A stretch of 64,000 bases of DNA from Phoronis australis (Eukaryota; Animalia; Phoronida), in the NCBI GenBank assembly GCA_002633005.1, contig NMRA01000325.1:227290-291289 (forward strand), read 5' to 3'. The translations under genes were made by a program, and so were the position numbers. Positions 35,601 to 46,033 of this stretch are shown one piece after another (position 1 is the first letter of the stretch; each line of letters starts with the position of its first letter). The notes under the pieces were generated by a model. It did no database searches. It was not told where the DNA came from and saw nothing but the letters and a program-made list of their open reading frames with translations.

Positions 35601-38600
35601 CCCAGGTGGTGTTGGAATGCGGTGCTCTACATCACTTCCGTGGTCTTCTCGAACACTCAAAGGATAAAATTAACAAGGTATACAATAAATTCGGCCCTGG
35701 GTTTAGGAGGCTGCGGTGTTGCAGATGATCGGAAGAGTGCCAACTAGCTCTGTATTTGTATGTAAAACTGAATATGATACTTTTTTAAAGACTTTTTCTT
35801 TTACTCACTGGCTCGTACTGGCTTCTCACTTCTTGTTCATATGTTGCCCACTATGTATGATGATTTCCTGTGATGTGTGGCTGAAGTGATGAAATTGAAA
35901 TCTCGACGGGCGTCCGAGTCGGTCTGAAGGGCTGGCACACTGTGTGATGTAGCGATTAGGACAAGTTGCATGACTGTAGACATTAGACGGGTGATTTACA
36001 TATATTTTATTGCGTGCTCGGGCTACCGACCACCAACGCCGCCATCAAGTCTGGCGCTGCTACCAAGGCTTTAGATGTTTCTAACTGCAACTGGTGTCGT
36101 GCGTGAACATTCACAAATCGGGTTTTGCTTGCGGTTGCACCTTCCTCCCCTATGGAGTTCTAACACATGAGACAATGGAATGATCTTCTCTTGCAATTTG
36201 TTTTTCATTTTGATTTGAAGTTATTTTTCAAATTGAGCTTTTGATCCCCTCCCACTTTCACACACTTTCTCGGCTCCTTTTTGCTCCCTTTCTTTTAACA
36301 CAGGTCGCGTAGCCCCTTTTTCTCTGCGTCCGCCCTTCACATGGCTACTTTGGTTGTTTGTCCGTCTTCCTGATTGGCGCGTAGTGGGTAGATTCAGTGT
36401 GTTGAGTGCTGTCACCTCCTGATGATCGACCACCTGATCCGCGAGGGTCTAGAGCACTCGCTGCTGACTTAGTAAAAGGTCTGAGGTCATGTGACCGATG
36501 ATAACAACAAGGCAGCTCTTGCGGTGAAGGTTTTGCAAATGCCCAGAGATTTCACGTGCCATGGAGGCATGGTTCTGATCAGCCATATCACAAGACATTT
36601 TCTGTGTTATTTGTACTGTCCATAACAGGACTTAGAATGTGGAACTCTGTCTACTCAACCCATGTTGACAACCATTTTCAGGAAGCTGTTTGGTTCCTGT
36701 CCAACATCACTGCTGGTAACCAGACGCAAGTGCAGTGTGTCATCGACAATAACCTAATGCCGCTGATCATTCGCCATCTAAGTGAAGTAAGTAACTGTTA
36801 CAAGTCACTTAGATGCTGACATAGCAGTCGTCTTCAACACAATTTTTTAGGTCTTCTCAATACTATATAGTTCTGTTGATTCTTTCACAAAAATTGGTCA
36901 CCAGAGGGTGACACTGTTATTTGCCGTAATTAGCTCAGACAAAGGTTGTAGGTAATTCTCTTTCTGATGAGATTAACTTTTACAAACCTGCTGCTGTAGG
37001 ATATGCATGCAGAAGTTTCATGTTTCTGAGTGCAATCTTAACATGGCAAAGTTGTGCATTTTACTTTGTTTTTCTAACCACGGGTGTTAATCATATTTCA
37101 ATGTGCTGAATGTATTTCACATTCAGTAGAGACCAGTGGGGTACTTAATCATGTAATTTACTGATGGCTCTCTAGTTTTATCCTCAATGGATTGTGTGGG
37201 ATTCATTGTTGTATAGCTTACTAGTAAAACATGAGATACTACAAGGTGTCTAATGATTCTCCATATTTCCATCAGGGCGAGTTTCAGACGCAAAAGGAGG
37301 CTGCGTGGGCAATCAGCAACTTGACGATCAGCGGCAACCAACAGCAGGTCGACTACGTGGTGTCGCTGGGTGTGATTCCGCCATTCTGCAAGTTGCTAGG
37401 TGTCAAGGATGCACAGGTGGTTCAGGTGGTGTTGGACGGGCTGAACAACATGCTCAAGTTTGCTGGTGACAAGTTGGAGCATGTTACAGAGCAGATTGAG
37501 GAATGTGAAGGTAGGAAACATGTGTGGCTTTCTTGCACCAATGTGACAGCTTTACAGTAATGCTGTGGGAACAAGATGATGTGAATTTACCACAGGTCTT
37601 GCACCTCCACTAAACTGGTATGTTGTGGTTGCAGGAGTGGCAAACTCTGCTAGACTTCAAATTTGGCACAATCAGGGAGCATTTTGCTCCCTTCATTTTG
37701 TTAATTTGCGTTGTAGGCTGTGCAATCAAAATCCAGAAATTCTTCAACCTGAAAAGCTTTTTAACTTTGTTTTATTTCAAGCTTCAAAAGCTAGATGCAA
37801 AGGTATGCTTTTGGGATTAAAATTTAGGTTGTAACCCTGTTCGCTGCACTGTATATTAATACTGGCAATGTAAACGGGTAAATGAGCATGATGGCCGATT
37901 GATGGGTTAAGTGAACTTAAAGTCTTGCAACTCAGCTGTAACTCTTTGTATTAAACTGAAAATCAACGGTTTTTCATGTTACCTTTAGTAAAAAGTACAA
38001 TTTCTGTTTATCATAGAGACATTATTCTTCGTCAAGTGTTGTTTCCCTGGCATGCAACAGCAGAAAGTGACCTAATGGCACAAGTAATCGACACAATCTT
38101 TGTTCAACAGCGAGTATTTCATTGTGTTTGTTCTGAATGGACATGTAGGTAGAATCAAGATGAAAGGTGTTAGCTAGTCTTTCTATGCTACTTTCAGTTG
38201 TTCCGCGGATAGTAAGAACAGGAATTCGCGGAAATTTGTTTTTCAAAGATAACTGTGGATCTGTAACATCAAATAATGGTTGCGTTCCCTTTAATGCCTA
38301 CAAGAGAGGTGTGAACCTGTAGTGTGTGTAACTCTGCTGTAACAGACGTAGCAACTGGAAATTAAAGCTTATATGTGGGACAGTAACAGTCAAGTCTATG
38401 AGTTAAGTTCTCGGTGATGTTCTTTTCCAACAACGCGATTCATTTTGAGTCTTTGTTACCCAAATATCAAGTTGTGGTCATTGTTGGTATGAATTCAGTC
38501 GCCCAGTACGTGCTGGGTTCTTGTGTCTCAGATTCATAGGCTCGTCTCCATTTTATTGCAGGCCTTGACAAGATCGAGCTGTTGCAGAACCACGAAAACG

Positions 38601-40958
38601 GGGAGATATACAGGCTGGCCTATAACATCATTGGTCAATATTTCAGCGAAGACGTGAGTAGCCAAGTTGTTTGTGACTGACCTTGTGCTTGGCAACTTGT
38701 CATTTTTATGCGCCCACATATAAATATATATATATATATATATTTATTTATATGTGGGCGCATTATGCCGTCATCCCTGTCGTTAATCTGTCTGCCGTCC
38801 ATTCTTAGTCTACTGCTCTATCTCCAAAATCCTTCAATCCATGTTCATGAAATTTTGAAGGTATGTTCCTTTTTAGGATGGGACAACATGAGCGAATTTA
38901 AGTTCCCGTGGAGTCGGGATCACGGCAGGTTTAAGTACATATCTGTGCTAGTACATCGTGCCATCTACATGTATGATTGGCGCAACATGAGAAAAATGTC
39001 TGGACGAACACACATATTCTTGTCACGTGACATTTGTATTGAAGTTCGTCTGTATTGAGTAAACGAGTGCGTGCGTATCACCAGAGTTCATTTGCCAGAG
39101 CAGAGACTGTGTTTTGGCCAGAGCAACGCAATCAAATGACCTAGATGTGCGTTGTATCTAAAGAAATTTGCACAAGCAGTAGGCATAAACCAGAGCGTGT
39201 TTCATTCAGCACTTGCAAAGCAGTAGGCCTAAATCAGAGCGTGTTTCATTCAGCACTTGCCGGTCTCATATGCTAAAAACGTTCGACATTTGTCTCAGTA
39301 AGGCCCATATTAGTCGCCGTGTGGCTGGATGCGTACGTGACAGTTATTTTTCGGTGTAAGGGTGTGTAAGCATTTACTGTCAGTGGTCATTTTATCAGAT
39401 ATTTGGCTTAAAAACACCAATTACGGTTAATCAAACAATTCATCTTAAAAGTAACGCAAACATTTTTTATAGTATTAGAAACTGTCGGAAATTAGTGCCA
39501 ACATTCATTTCTTGCCGATGCTATGCTACTCGTTTCATGAATGGGTAGTTCACGACTAATGCCTTTGATAACAGGTTCATGTATGTAGCGCGCGCTTCCT
39601 TGCCACGTGCTTTTAACACTGGCCAAGCTATTTATTAGTCATCGATTCGCGGTTTTCACATGTTCAAAGAAATTTGGATTCCTGTTGAAAGCGGGAAATG
39701 TCTACAAAGCAATCCCATAGACAAATACACTACTTCTTTTCTGAAAGGCCAGGCCATTGGTCCTGGCAAGATCAGCAAAACTTTTGTGTTCGTTTTGAAG
39801 CATGGCAGAGGTTTGAAATGTATTGTCAAGGCTAAATACCGACATAGCAGCAAGGCTCGTGGTCTACAAATTCTGCGCATAATGATTTTTTTCAGGACTG
39901 TCGGATATTATTGATAAATTGAAGACGTTACTGTAGATTTTTAGGTCTGTTGGTAAGGCATTTTTCGCACGTAAATGTTCGTGGGCGGGGGGCGCTTTTT
40001 GGGGCATGGGCAGTTATTACGGCGAATACGGTATATGTTCTTACTGTGAAGAGGGCAGCTGACGATGATTTTCCGCCGACTTTGGCAACTGTGGCACCTA
40101 CTAGTGGAAGTTTTGTTTGTTTTTGCACTCTGGGCTGTATCTCCTAAACTCTGTACAGAATTTTTTTGAATTTTGCTGGTGTGTTTATATAAAATTCACA
40201 TCAGAGGACGATGACTTTCGGACAGATCGGATAACGATGTGCTCCCTACTGGCAATTTCAGTTTTTACGTTTACCCCTGTATTTTCAAAGGTGGTCAACA
40301 GATTTTCATAAAATTTGGCTGGTAAGCATCGATTAGAAAGATGACGCTATCTTACAGGTTTTGGTTGAATTCGAGGCATTTTGCACCACCTGCTGGCCAT
40401 TTTTACCGTTTTCCAGTCTGTTTTTGCCATCTAATGACCATTTTTATAATACTAAAAACACATATAGAAGCACACCGTTTGCGGTGCTGTTGTGGGCTCA
40501 TTTCAACGCTCCGCGTGGCTCTTGTAACTGTTTATGTCAATGGTTTCTCGCCAATGTTGAAGTCTTGTTTGCTGTGTGGTTCACAGTTTTCCAAGAGCTA
40601 CCCATAACATAACAAGATAAAGACAAAACAAATCATGTATCAACATCATTGAAGAGAATTTAACTAAAAGTGCTGGAAGGGTGCAGAAAGTAAAACGTGC
40701 GTAATGGCGTTATTTTTATTCTTGTAAAAAAATGCATTTTTTGTCTTCTTGCGCAAGAGGTTTCCTTTACATTTTGATCACACTAAAGTAACATGTTGCA
40801 AAATGTTTTCCAATACTTTACCTGACATGACATTGGTTTTGTATTCCCGTTTATAGCAGATTGATGAAGACGCCACAATAGCGCCAGATGCCTCATCACA
40901 GGCCTACAACTTCAACCCGAATGCTGAGATCCCGGCCGAGGGATTCAAGTTCACGTGA
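2611..40958 (+). CDS. KPNA3: Importin subunit alpha-3/4 (karyopherin alpha 3/4), complete 12-exon gene, about 518 aa
   Basis: Exons 2611-2676, 21462-21506, 22474-22736, 24304-24389, 25386-25472, 25842-26056, 34227-34358, 35549-35677, 36682-36786, 37276-37510, 38562-38653, 40857-40958. All introns are GT-AG with matching phases, and the exons total 1557 nt. IBB domain ([34 protein letters not shown]), ARM repeats ([41 protein letters not shown]) and C-terminal GFKF. Likely pro-orthologue of vertebrate KPNA3 and KPNA4. Confidence 0.96.
4379..5130 (+). mobile_element. 5'-truncated Penelope-like retroelement remnant (GIY-YIG endonuclease end plus 3' UTR)
   Basis: CxxxRCxxC...C...[18 protein letters not shown]...RFRNH...VGNHFN, continuing through two stops into [17 protein letters not shown] (to 4987). 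This is the typical PLE GIY-YIG C-terminus. Confidence 0.85.
5091..5128 (+). ncRNA. Degenerate minimal hammerhead-like motif in the PLE 3' UTR
   Basis: ctg-TTGACGA-a-ggat(gttattgt)atcc-GAAA-attt-cag, with core C3 changed to U. Confidence 0.5.
6434..6507 (+). mobile_element. tRNA-derived SINE head / pseudo-tRNA
   Basis: A box TAGCTGAATGG and B box GGTTCGATCCC at tRNA spacing, but the acceptor and anticodon stems do not pair. Confidence 0.6.
6555..9586. mobile_element. Non-autonomous TA-target DNA transposon (Tc1/mariner-pogo-like) with many AATAGTATAGAC subterminal repeats
   Basis: TIR CTCT(G/C)GAGTTCCGAATAGT at 6555 and ending at 9586, both flanked by TA. Internal duplications at about 6555/6768, 7280/7590 and 8397/8486. 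Confidence 0.7.
9602..9726. mobile_element. 125-bp Mutator-like MITE
   Basis: About 40-bp TIRs (ggcactagttggatatagcggtc...gatttagagaaccag) and a perfect 9-bp TSD TGAACTTGG at 9593-9601 and 9727-9735. Confidence 0.8.
10174..10680 (+). mobile_element. hAT-like MITE with 6-bp TSD, copy 1
   Basis: TIR CAGGGCTTGGAAT/ATTCCAAGCCCTG, TSD TAACTA. Confidence 0.9.
11941..12704 (+). mobile_element. PIF/Harbinger-like MITE, copy 1
   Basis: TIR GGGCTGTTCCAG-AAAATC-GT-TGGGAGGGGG, 3-bp TSD TTA. Confidence 0.9.
13088..13864 (+). mobile_element. PIF/Harbinger-like MITE, copy 2
   Basis: Near-identical to 11941-12704, TSD TCA. Confidence 0.9.
14690..15110 (+). mobile_element. hAT-like MITE with 6-bp TSD, copy 2 (internal deletion)
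   Basis: Same family, TSD ATACCA. Confidence 0.9.
16535..16922. other. Assembly gap (N run)
   Basis: About 388 Ns inside the hAT element. A smaller gap lies at 60520-60533. Confidence 0.99.
16931..18435 (-). CDS. hAT transposase N-terminal part, three exons (18435-18200, 17666-17370, 17062-16931)
   Basis: GT-AG introns join [20 protein letters not shown]|[13 protein letters not shown] (TTF-type Zn finger), [26 protein letters not shown] and [22 protein letters not shown] (first catalytic Asp). No stops in the three exons. Confidence 0.8.
18836..19339 (+). mobile_element. hAT-like MITE with 6-bp TSD, copy 3
   Basis: Same family, TSD AACAAT. Confidence 0.9.
20257..20620 (-). mobile_element. 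Truncated related hAT end with a Zn-finger remnant
   Basis: CAGGGCTCGACATTAAC terminus with ACTTGTCC repeats. The minus frame reads [15 protein letters not shown]. The right boundary is uncertain. Confidence 0.55.
21462..21506 (+). CDS. KPNA3: KPNA3/4 exon 2 (IBB domain)
   Basis: ttgtag|[15 protein letters not shown]|gtgagg. Confidence 0.95.
22474..22736 (+). CDS. KPNA3: KPNA3/4 exon 3
   Basis: [14 protein letters not shown]...[14 protein letters not shown]...|gtgagt. Confidence 0.95.
24304..24389 (+). CDS. KPNA3: KPNA3/4 exon 4
   Basis: [28 protein letters not shown], flanked by cag and gtaacc. Confidence 0.95.
24781..25290. repeat. 37-bp minisatellite, about 14 copies
   Basis: Head-to-tail unit agacacttatagtggaatggtactactg(c/t)tatagata with no spacers. 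Confidence 0.95.
25386..25472 (+). CDS. KPNA3: KPNA3/4 exon 5
   Basis: [28 protein letters not shown]|gtgagt. Confidence 0.95.
25842..26056 (+). CDS. KPNA3: KPNA3/4 exon 6
   Basis: [10 protein letters not shown]...[18 protein letters not shown]...HHTDVN|gtaagt. Confidence 0.95.
26321..31525. mobile_element. Large non-autonomous TIR element, Academ-like
   Basis: 29-bp perfect TIR CAGGAAGAGATAACCAGGAAGGGACAACT at 26324 and ending at 31521. The right terminus reads TAGCCAGG on the - strand. TSD unclear. Confidence 0.7.
28266..29913 (+). mobile_element. Kolobok-like element with THAP-domain remnant, copy 1 (nested)
   Basis: TTAA-AGGCGAATGCCACCC ... GGGTGGCATGCTCCT-TTAA. The remnant [19 protein letters not shown]...VCGL fits the THAP P-W-C pattern. 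Confidence 0.85.
32020..34110 (+). mobile_element. pogo/Tigger-like non-autonomous element, copy 1
   Basis: TA-CCGTATTAGCTGTAATAACCGCCCA ... TGGGCGGTTATTACGGCGAATACTG-TA. Confidence 0.85.
32347..33123 (-). mobile_element. PIF/Harbinger-like MITE, copy 3 (inverted, nested in a pogo-like element)
   Basis: Reverse complement of copies 1 and 2, flanked by TCG/TCA. The empty site is visible in the paralogous host copy near 53371-53390. Confidence 0.9.
34227..34358 (+). CDS. KPNA3: KPNA3/4 exon 7
   Basis: [44 protein letters not shown]|gt. Confidence 0.95.
35195..35543. repeat. 34-bp pyrimidine-rich minisatellite (about 10 copies) abutting the exon 8 acceptor
   Basis: Unit tgctctgtcttgctcttgtcttgtactctatc(a/t)a. 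Confidence 0.95.
35549..35677 (+). CDS. KPNA3: KPNA3/4 exon 8
   Basis: [22 protein letters not shown]...KDKINK|gt. Confidence 0.95.
36682..36786 (+). CDS. KPNA3: KPNA3/4 exon 9
   Basis: [35 protein letters not shown]|gtaagt. Confidence 0.95.
37276..37510 (+). CDS. KPNA3: KPNA3/4 exon 10
   Basis: [20 protein letters not shown]...[13 protein letters not shown]...IEECE|gtagga. Confidence 0.95.
38562..38653 (+). CDS. KPNA3: KPNA3/4 exon 11
   Basis: [30 protein letters not shown]|gtgagt. Confidence 0.95.
38703..40525 (+). mobile_element. HINE/DINE-1-like (Helentron-derived) element interrupted by the pogo-like copy
   Basis: T-run, then ATGCGCCCACATAT...ATATGTGGGCGCAT hairpin, GTCY microsatellite remnant, about 150-bp internal repeats, and 3' TGTGGGCTCAT...CTTGT end. 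Confidence 0.7.
38900..40031 (+). mobile_element. pogo/Tigger-like element, 5'-truncated copy 2
   Basis: Colinear with about 33150-34110, ends GGCGAATACGG-TA. Confidence 0.8.
40857..40958 (+). CDS. KPNA3: KPNA3/4 exon 12 (last coding exon; NAGNAG acceptor)
   Basis: tag(cag)|(Q)[32 protein letters not shown]-stop. AATAAA at 41176-41181 downstream. Confidence 0.9.
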   Translation, partial: QIDEDATIAPDASSQAYNFNPNAEIPAEGFKFT

Positions 40959-43900
40959 TCAAAGACAGATCAGCGAAGGACATGGGAAAGGTTGTTTAGT
41001 GAAGACATTGTCGAAAACTTTTGAGACCATGGTTGCAAGTGCACCGTTTTTAAGCCCTCTTCACCTGATGCCAGTTGTCTATAGATTTGTTTTTTGAGCA
41101 GTAAAATGTTGTCCATATGCCATGTGAGCATCTTGCAGTCTTCCCCTCTGTCTTTTACTACCTGGTATACCCGTTAATAAATGATTTTACATACAAGATA
41201 ATTTGAAAAACCTTGTGCCAATAGTTGTTCATTTTCTCATTTGATTTAAGTGGTAATGTTTTCATGTTGTGGCCAGCCTTGGCTACAAGAGTCTCGTTTC
41301 ATGTCCATATTTCATGATTTTTAATCCATTGGTGCTTCTGGGTTTAGCCTTACGCTGAAGAAAGTTTAAAAGCAGTGGGAAACTTGTTAAGTATTAAATC
41401 AGCATTACAGCATGCAGAAAGTTGTGTTGGCCAATTGGCAATCAGGTATTTGCAGATACTTAAGAACTGGAATTATCTGCCTACTTTGTACAGGCGTATC
41501 TATGTTTGGTGTTGATAGCGGGCAAGTTGAGATTGGTTATTTATGGTGTGCATCAAATTAAGTAATCTCCAAGTCTCGATACCTATTCTGTACTAATGTT
41601 TTGAGAAACAACGCTGAATATTTTGTCCATGCTTGAAGTTGGAATTGTCAGAAATATGGATTTGTATAAAATTTTATGTTTACTGGGATGAGAAATGCAA
41701 ATGCTTGTCATTGAGAATTTGTTGTCCCAGTATAGCAGTCCTAATCTGTAACAAAACCTGGACTGTTATTATTTAACATGTCTGGAGAGAATCTTTATTC
41801 GTTAAAGTGTAAATATTGTAAATGAATTTTTAAAAGGGTTTTATATCTGCCATTGTACGTTGACTTGTGGCTCTTTGTTAAAATTTAAATTTGAGACAAA
41901 ATTTACGAATACAGACTGTATCTCTCCAGGTATGGTGTTTGGCTGTAATAGTCATATAGCTGCTATTTGCAGGTTTGTGCACATTGTAAATACAGCTGAA
42001 AAGTTGAAAACATCTGTCATGTTGTTTCTGTCTCTGTCATTGCACTACACACAAAAATGTTGTAAGGCAACAGATTCTCTTAGTTATACATATCATAGTT
42101 TACTAAGACATTTTTATTACATAAAAACCGTGCATGATCAAAAAGCACAAGTGTCAAAACTATTTCAGTTCACAGAACATTGCGAGACAGCACACAGGGC
42201 CCTCGATTTTGGGGATAAACGTTGGGTACCAACAACCTATGAAAAACCACATGAAATAACAGTCCACTATTCCCCTCAAAATAAAAATCACTTGTGCAAA
42301 ACATTAGTTTTGTCTGTCTGAGGAATTGTCTATGTCTATGAGAGTGGCAGCAAGGGGTTTGGAATTTGTGGTGAGGGGTGTCCCCTGTGACAAAAAAAAA
42401 ATCCTCTCTCGAGACACCGGCACCATTCCCAAATGCAAATGAGAGTCTTGGCACAGTTGAAAAATTACTGGAACACGGGGTTGTATTTATCCCACGTGGA
42501 GTGAAACCTGACCACGTCAGATGTGCATTTGATTCGGACTAAGTTCAGAGACTCGGTTGTTCCAATCTTACCTTCATAGTAAGATTCCACCGCACTGATG
42601 ACATTTCTAAGCCTGGCTAGGTCAGAGTATTGCTGCACTGAACAGATTGAAACGGTGTGAATTTTGTTGCAGTTGCTGCAACATGTCCTTGATTGTGAAT
42701 CCTGTTGCTCAAATTGAATTTTGCTTAGCGGGGCTTCACTGCAGCCTAAGATATCCCGCAAGTCGTGAAATTAATTGAAAATTACCAGGAATGGTCATTG
42801 AAACACCAGAGCCATGGAAAACACTAGTGTTTAAAACTTTCAAGTCTTCCGCAAACAGCCACGATTCCTGAATGAAAATGATATCGAATTAAAACGACTG
42901 AGCAAATCGGGAACTTCAGGGAAACCTCGGCACTAGTTGTAGCAACCTGCAGGTAACTGGGTTGAGCATAACTTGAGACACGTAACCTCACTAGGGTAAT
43001 CGGCCGTCTGCTTCATCTCATTAGAAACTTGTGAAGATGTGAACGTGGAATAATTTTCTAAGAGATCACTAAATGATTCCTATGAGTGGACTACAGGTGG
43101 CACTTTTTCTGTGAACACACATTTACATCACTCTCCCAGGAACTTCCTATTTAACCATCACCACAGGAATATTCCACGACTCAGGCAGAACGGTAAACCT
43201 GCTACCAGTGCACAAGTGTGTTTTTCAGCCAGAGTATTGGGTCCATAAACACCAAAGGTTTCTCACTCACAGACAATTACAATTAGTATGAATTGTGTTT
43301 CATTTGAACTGCATCAACCTCAGTACTGTCCATCTAAAGATTTGTGACGGGTATAACTTCACTGAAGCTGTAGACGTGTCCAGATCAAATAACGTGGCAA
43401 AAGCATTTGCCTTCCGTTTCCTCACAGGTTTGATTTCAGCATGCCACAGTGCCAAGGGCTTCGTTCCTTTGCATTCACGTCCAACTCTGTTCAAGGGTCA
43501 TACGTGAAGTCTGGATATAACATAGCAGGGCACTGGAGCAAAGCTGATCATACAATGAGTTATAATTATTATATACCAAGATTCTCGAAACAACTCTGTC
43601 AACACAGTTTGAATACATCCACAAAATTTTGTTCAATTTCACCTGAGCTTCGCTCGCCATTTTGAAGAAGTGATGCGAAATCCAGTTCACGAACAATATG
43701 TCCAAGGAACATAAATCTTTCAAGCTCTTCTAGTATATGGCATTTCAGAAACAAAGTAAAATTTAACTATGCTTCTATGTCGTGAACTGCTAGTAACCAT
43801 ATAATTTCCCTTTCCAACACATGCGTGCACCCAGGGGGACTCGAACGAAGTCGGAAAAAGTAGAAAACGAGACAAGAGTCCACTAAAAAAGTAAGAACTA

Positions 43901-45341
43901 CCAAAATTCAACGAATGCATAACTTTTTTAGTAAAAGGTCCAAATTCTCAAAAATTCCAGCCCCTGCATTTTTAGGCTAGGTGCGAGCATGCAACATAAC
44001 TCGTGTGACGCCACCTATTCCCTAAGCTTATCAGTGCTTATCACGCATGGTGAAAAAGTTTATGGCAACCTTATAAGTGGAGTTTGAGTTCTTTGCGAAA
44101 TCCATCTTGACTCATAGACAGGTCTCGTCAAGGCTACGCATAGAAACAAAGAATGGCTGAAAAAAGTAAGCACCTTTTCAGTGACCTTCTCAAGAACAGA
44201 GTCTACTATTTTTGGCGACGTGAAATCTTACTCTCACTTGGAGCTGAAATTCAGTTATTGCCGTTGAAGATACATGGGGCTGAAATGCGCAACATGATAG
44301 GGAGCGTCAGTGCCCCTATGACTGACTACCAAGGCTGACAGCACGACACGTTTCCTATTTAGCACCCTTAAGAGAGTAGATGTAGGAATCTGCGCAGAAA
44401 GATTAATCCTACGTTAGACAGGACAATATAGGAGTCACAACATAGTGCAACAATGAAGGAATTCAACAGGAAGGTAATGATAATAGCTTGTCAAAACATT
44501 TACACAATTATATAAACGTTTCAAAAGGTTTGTTTGCAGTTATGTAAATATGTTTATTTAAGAGAACCTCATCACCTTTTCGTTGGCCATTTGGCCCAAA
44601 ATGTTGGTTTTACACTACCTAGTACAGAAATAGTAACAATCTTTATGGGTGTGATATAAAATTTCATTGTAGATTATACTTACTACAGTACTCTGACAGG
44701 TGAGCCTTTTTAGTCATTTTTGTAAACACATGAGGTTCAATCATTGCCATACGGGCATTGTAGGCTCTTAATACAGAACATGGCACCAGAAACTCAGCTA
44801 TGTGAAAAAAGTTCTGATTTAATAACTCAATTTTCTGTAGTTTGGGATCCCGATATACATGCTGCAGCATCAAAATAACTTGCAAAGGCAAACATTAGAT
44901 TAACTCTTACTGCAGTTCCTACATTGCTGTGCTATGTGCAACAATTGCTTAATTGTCCTTCGCAAAGCATGAATATCTAGTGTCTACATCATAACGCGAA
45001 ATGTTCGTGATAGAATCACAGGGGTTACAGGGATTATAAACTTGACACGCTTTTATCAGCAATTTCAATAGTTTATTACCCATTGGGGCCATAGTGTAGG
45101 AGCAATAAACATGGTAATTCCGCCTGGTCTGGCAATGGAACTTAACGCCATCAGGTAATGAAAAAAGGCATGAAGTCGCATGATACTAGCGAAACAAAGC
45201 TTTGCGGTTTTCTCGGGAATTTCCACTGATCCAAAAATGGGGCAAGGTTTTTCGGGTCCGTCTTTCACAACCAAAACGCGTTATGTGGAGCAGACTCCTG
45301 AATGGTTCTAAGTTATGAACACTTCCATTGCTCTAAGCAAG

Positions 45342-46033
45342 TCAGTCTCTATCATTTCCCGCCTGATCTTCGGGTAGAACCTGATCGTGCCCCACAAATT
45401 GTGGTGTTTGTCCAGCAACATATCGTTTGGGGCAAGGACGGTTCTGCTTCTCTCTCAAATAGTCAATAAGCATCACAGGAATTTCCAGTTTGGAAAACTC
45501 TTCACAAGGAATAGCTCGTTTTAAAACTTGCATGCACAGCACAGTCAAGGAAAATACAGGGATGTCTATGTGCACTTTTGTCCTTTCGTTTTCTCCATTC
45601 CAAGCAGCTGGATAATAAATTTCTTGCCCAGCAACACATAGTCGATCCCCTGTAGCGTGATCCTTGAATATCTGTCGCAGACCAAGTAGGCTACCCGACC
45701 AAGTTAACTTGGTCGGCTTACACGGTCGGACCTCGCAGACCAAGTAGATACCTCCGACCAAGTGGCAAGGTACCGTTGATACCTGAATGTTTGCCATAGT
45801 GTTATAATGTGAACGGTTCCANATATCCAAGGGTGTGTTACGAAAGTGTTCAAATGATAAAAACTCCCGGGTTTGATCGTCTTGTACAGAGCAAGAATAC
45901 CTTGGTAATTTACCCAACAAACATCAACAGATCTCACTGTCCTGTTGACAAATGTAACGAACGCACGCTGTTCGTTATTAAGGGACTTCACATTACCGTC
46001 AACGCGGTCAGTTTTCACAGATTTATTAGCCAT
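45342..46033 (-). CDS. VHL: von Hippel-Lindau tumour suppressor homologue (about 178 aa from segments 46033-45827 and 45671-45342), interrupted by an insertion
   Basis: VKSLN...VTFVNRT.RSVDVCWVNYQG...Y..I.PG....NTFVTHPW|IFKDHATGDRL (beta domain) and IDIPVFSLTVLCMQVL (BC box) ...LEIP..LIDYL. AATAAA on the - strand at 45072-45077. Confidence 0.9.
45673..45822. mobile_element. 150-bp insertion in the VHL coding sequence
   Basis: Flanked by ATATC at 45668-45672 and 45823-45827. Contains a 22-bp perfect palindrome (45695-45716) and repeated TCGCAGACCAAGTAG. N at 45822. Confidence 0.7.

Noticed and set aside
35177-35747. Three overlapping 157-183 aa Cys/Leu-rich ORFs
   Set aside because: They arise from a stop-free 34-bp repeat. 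The upstream AGs (35171, 35174, 35183) are out of frame with exon 8.
45672-45826. Standard U2 or U12 intron in VHL
   Set aside because: No GT at the required position, the 5' end lacks the full U12 ATATCCTT consensus, the polypyrimidine tract is poor, and the flanking duplication points to an insertion. Kept only as an alternative in the finding.
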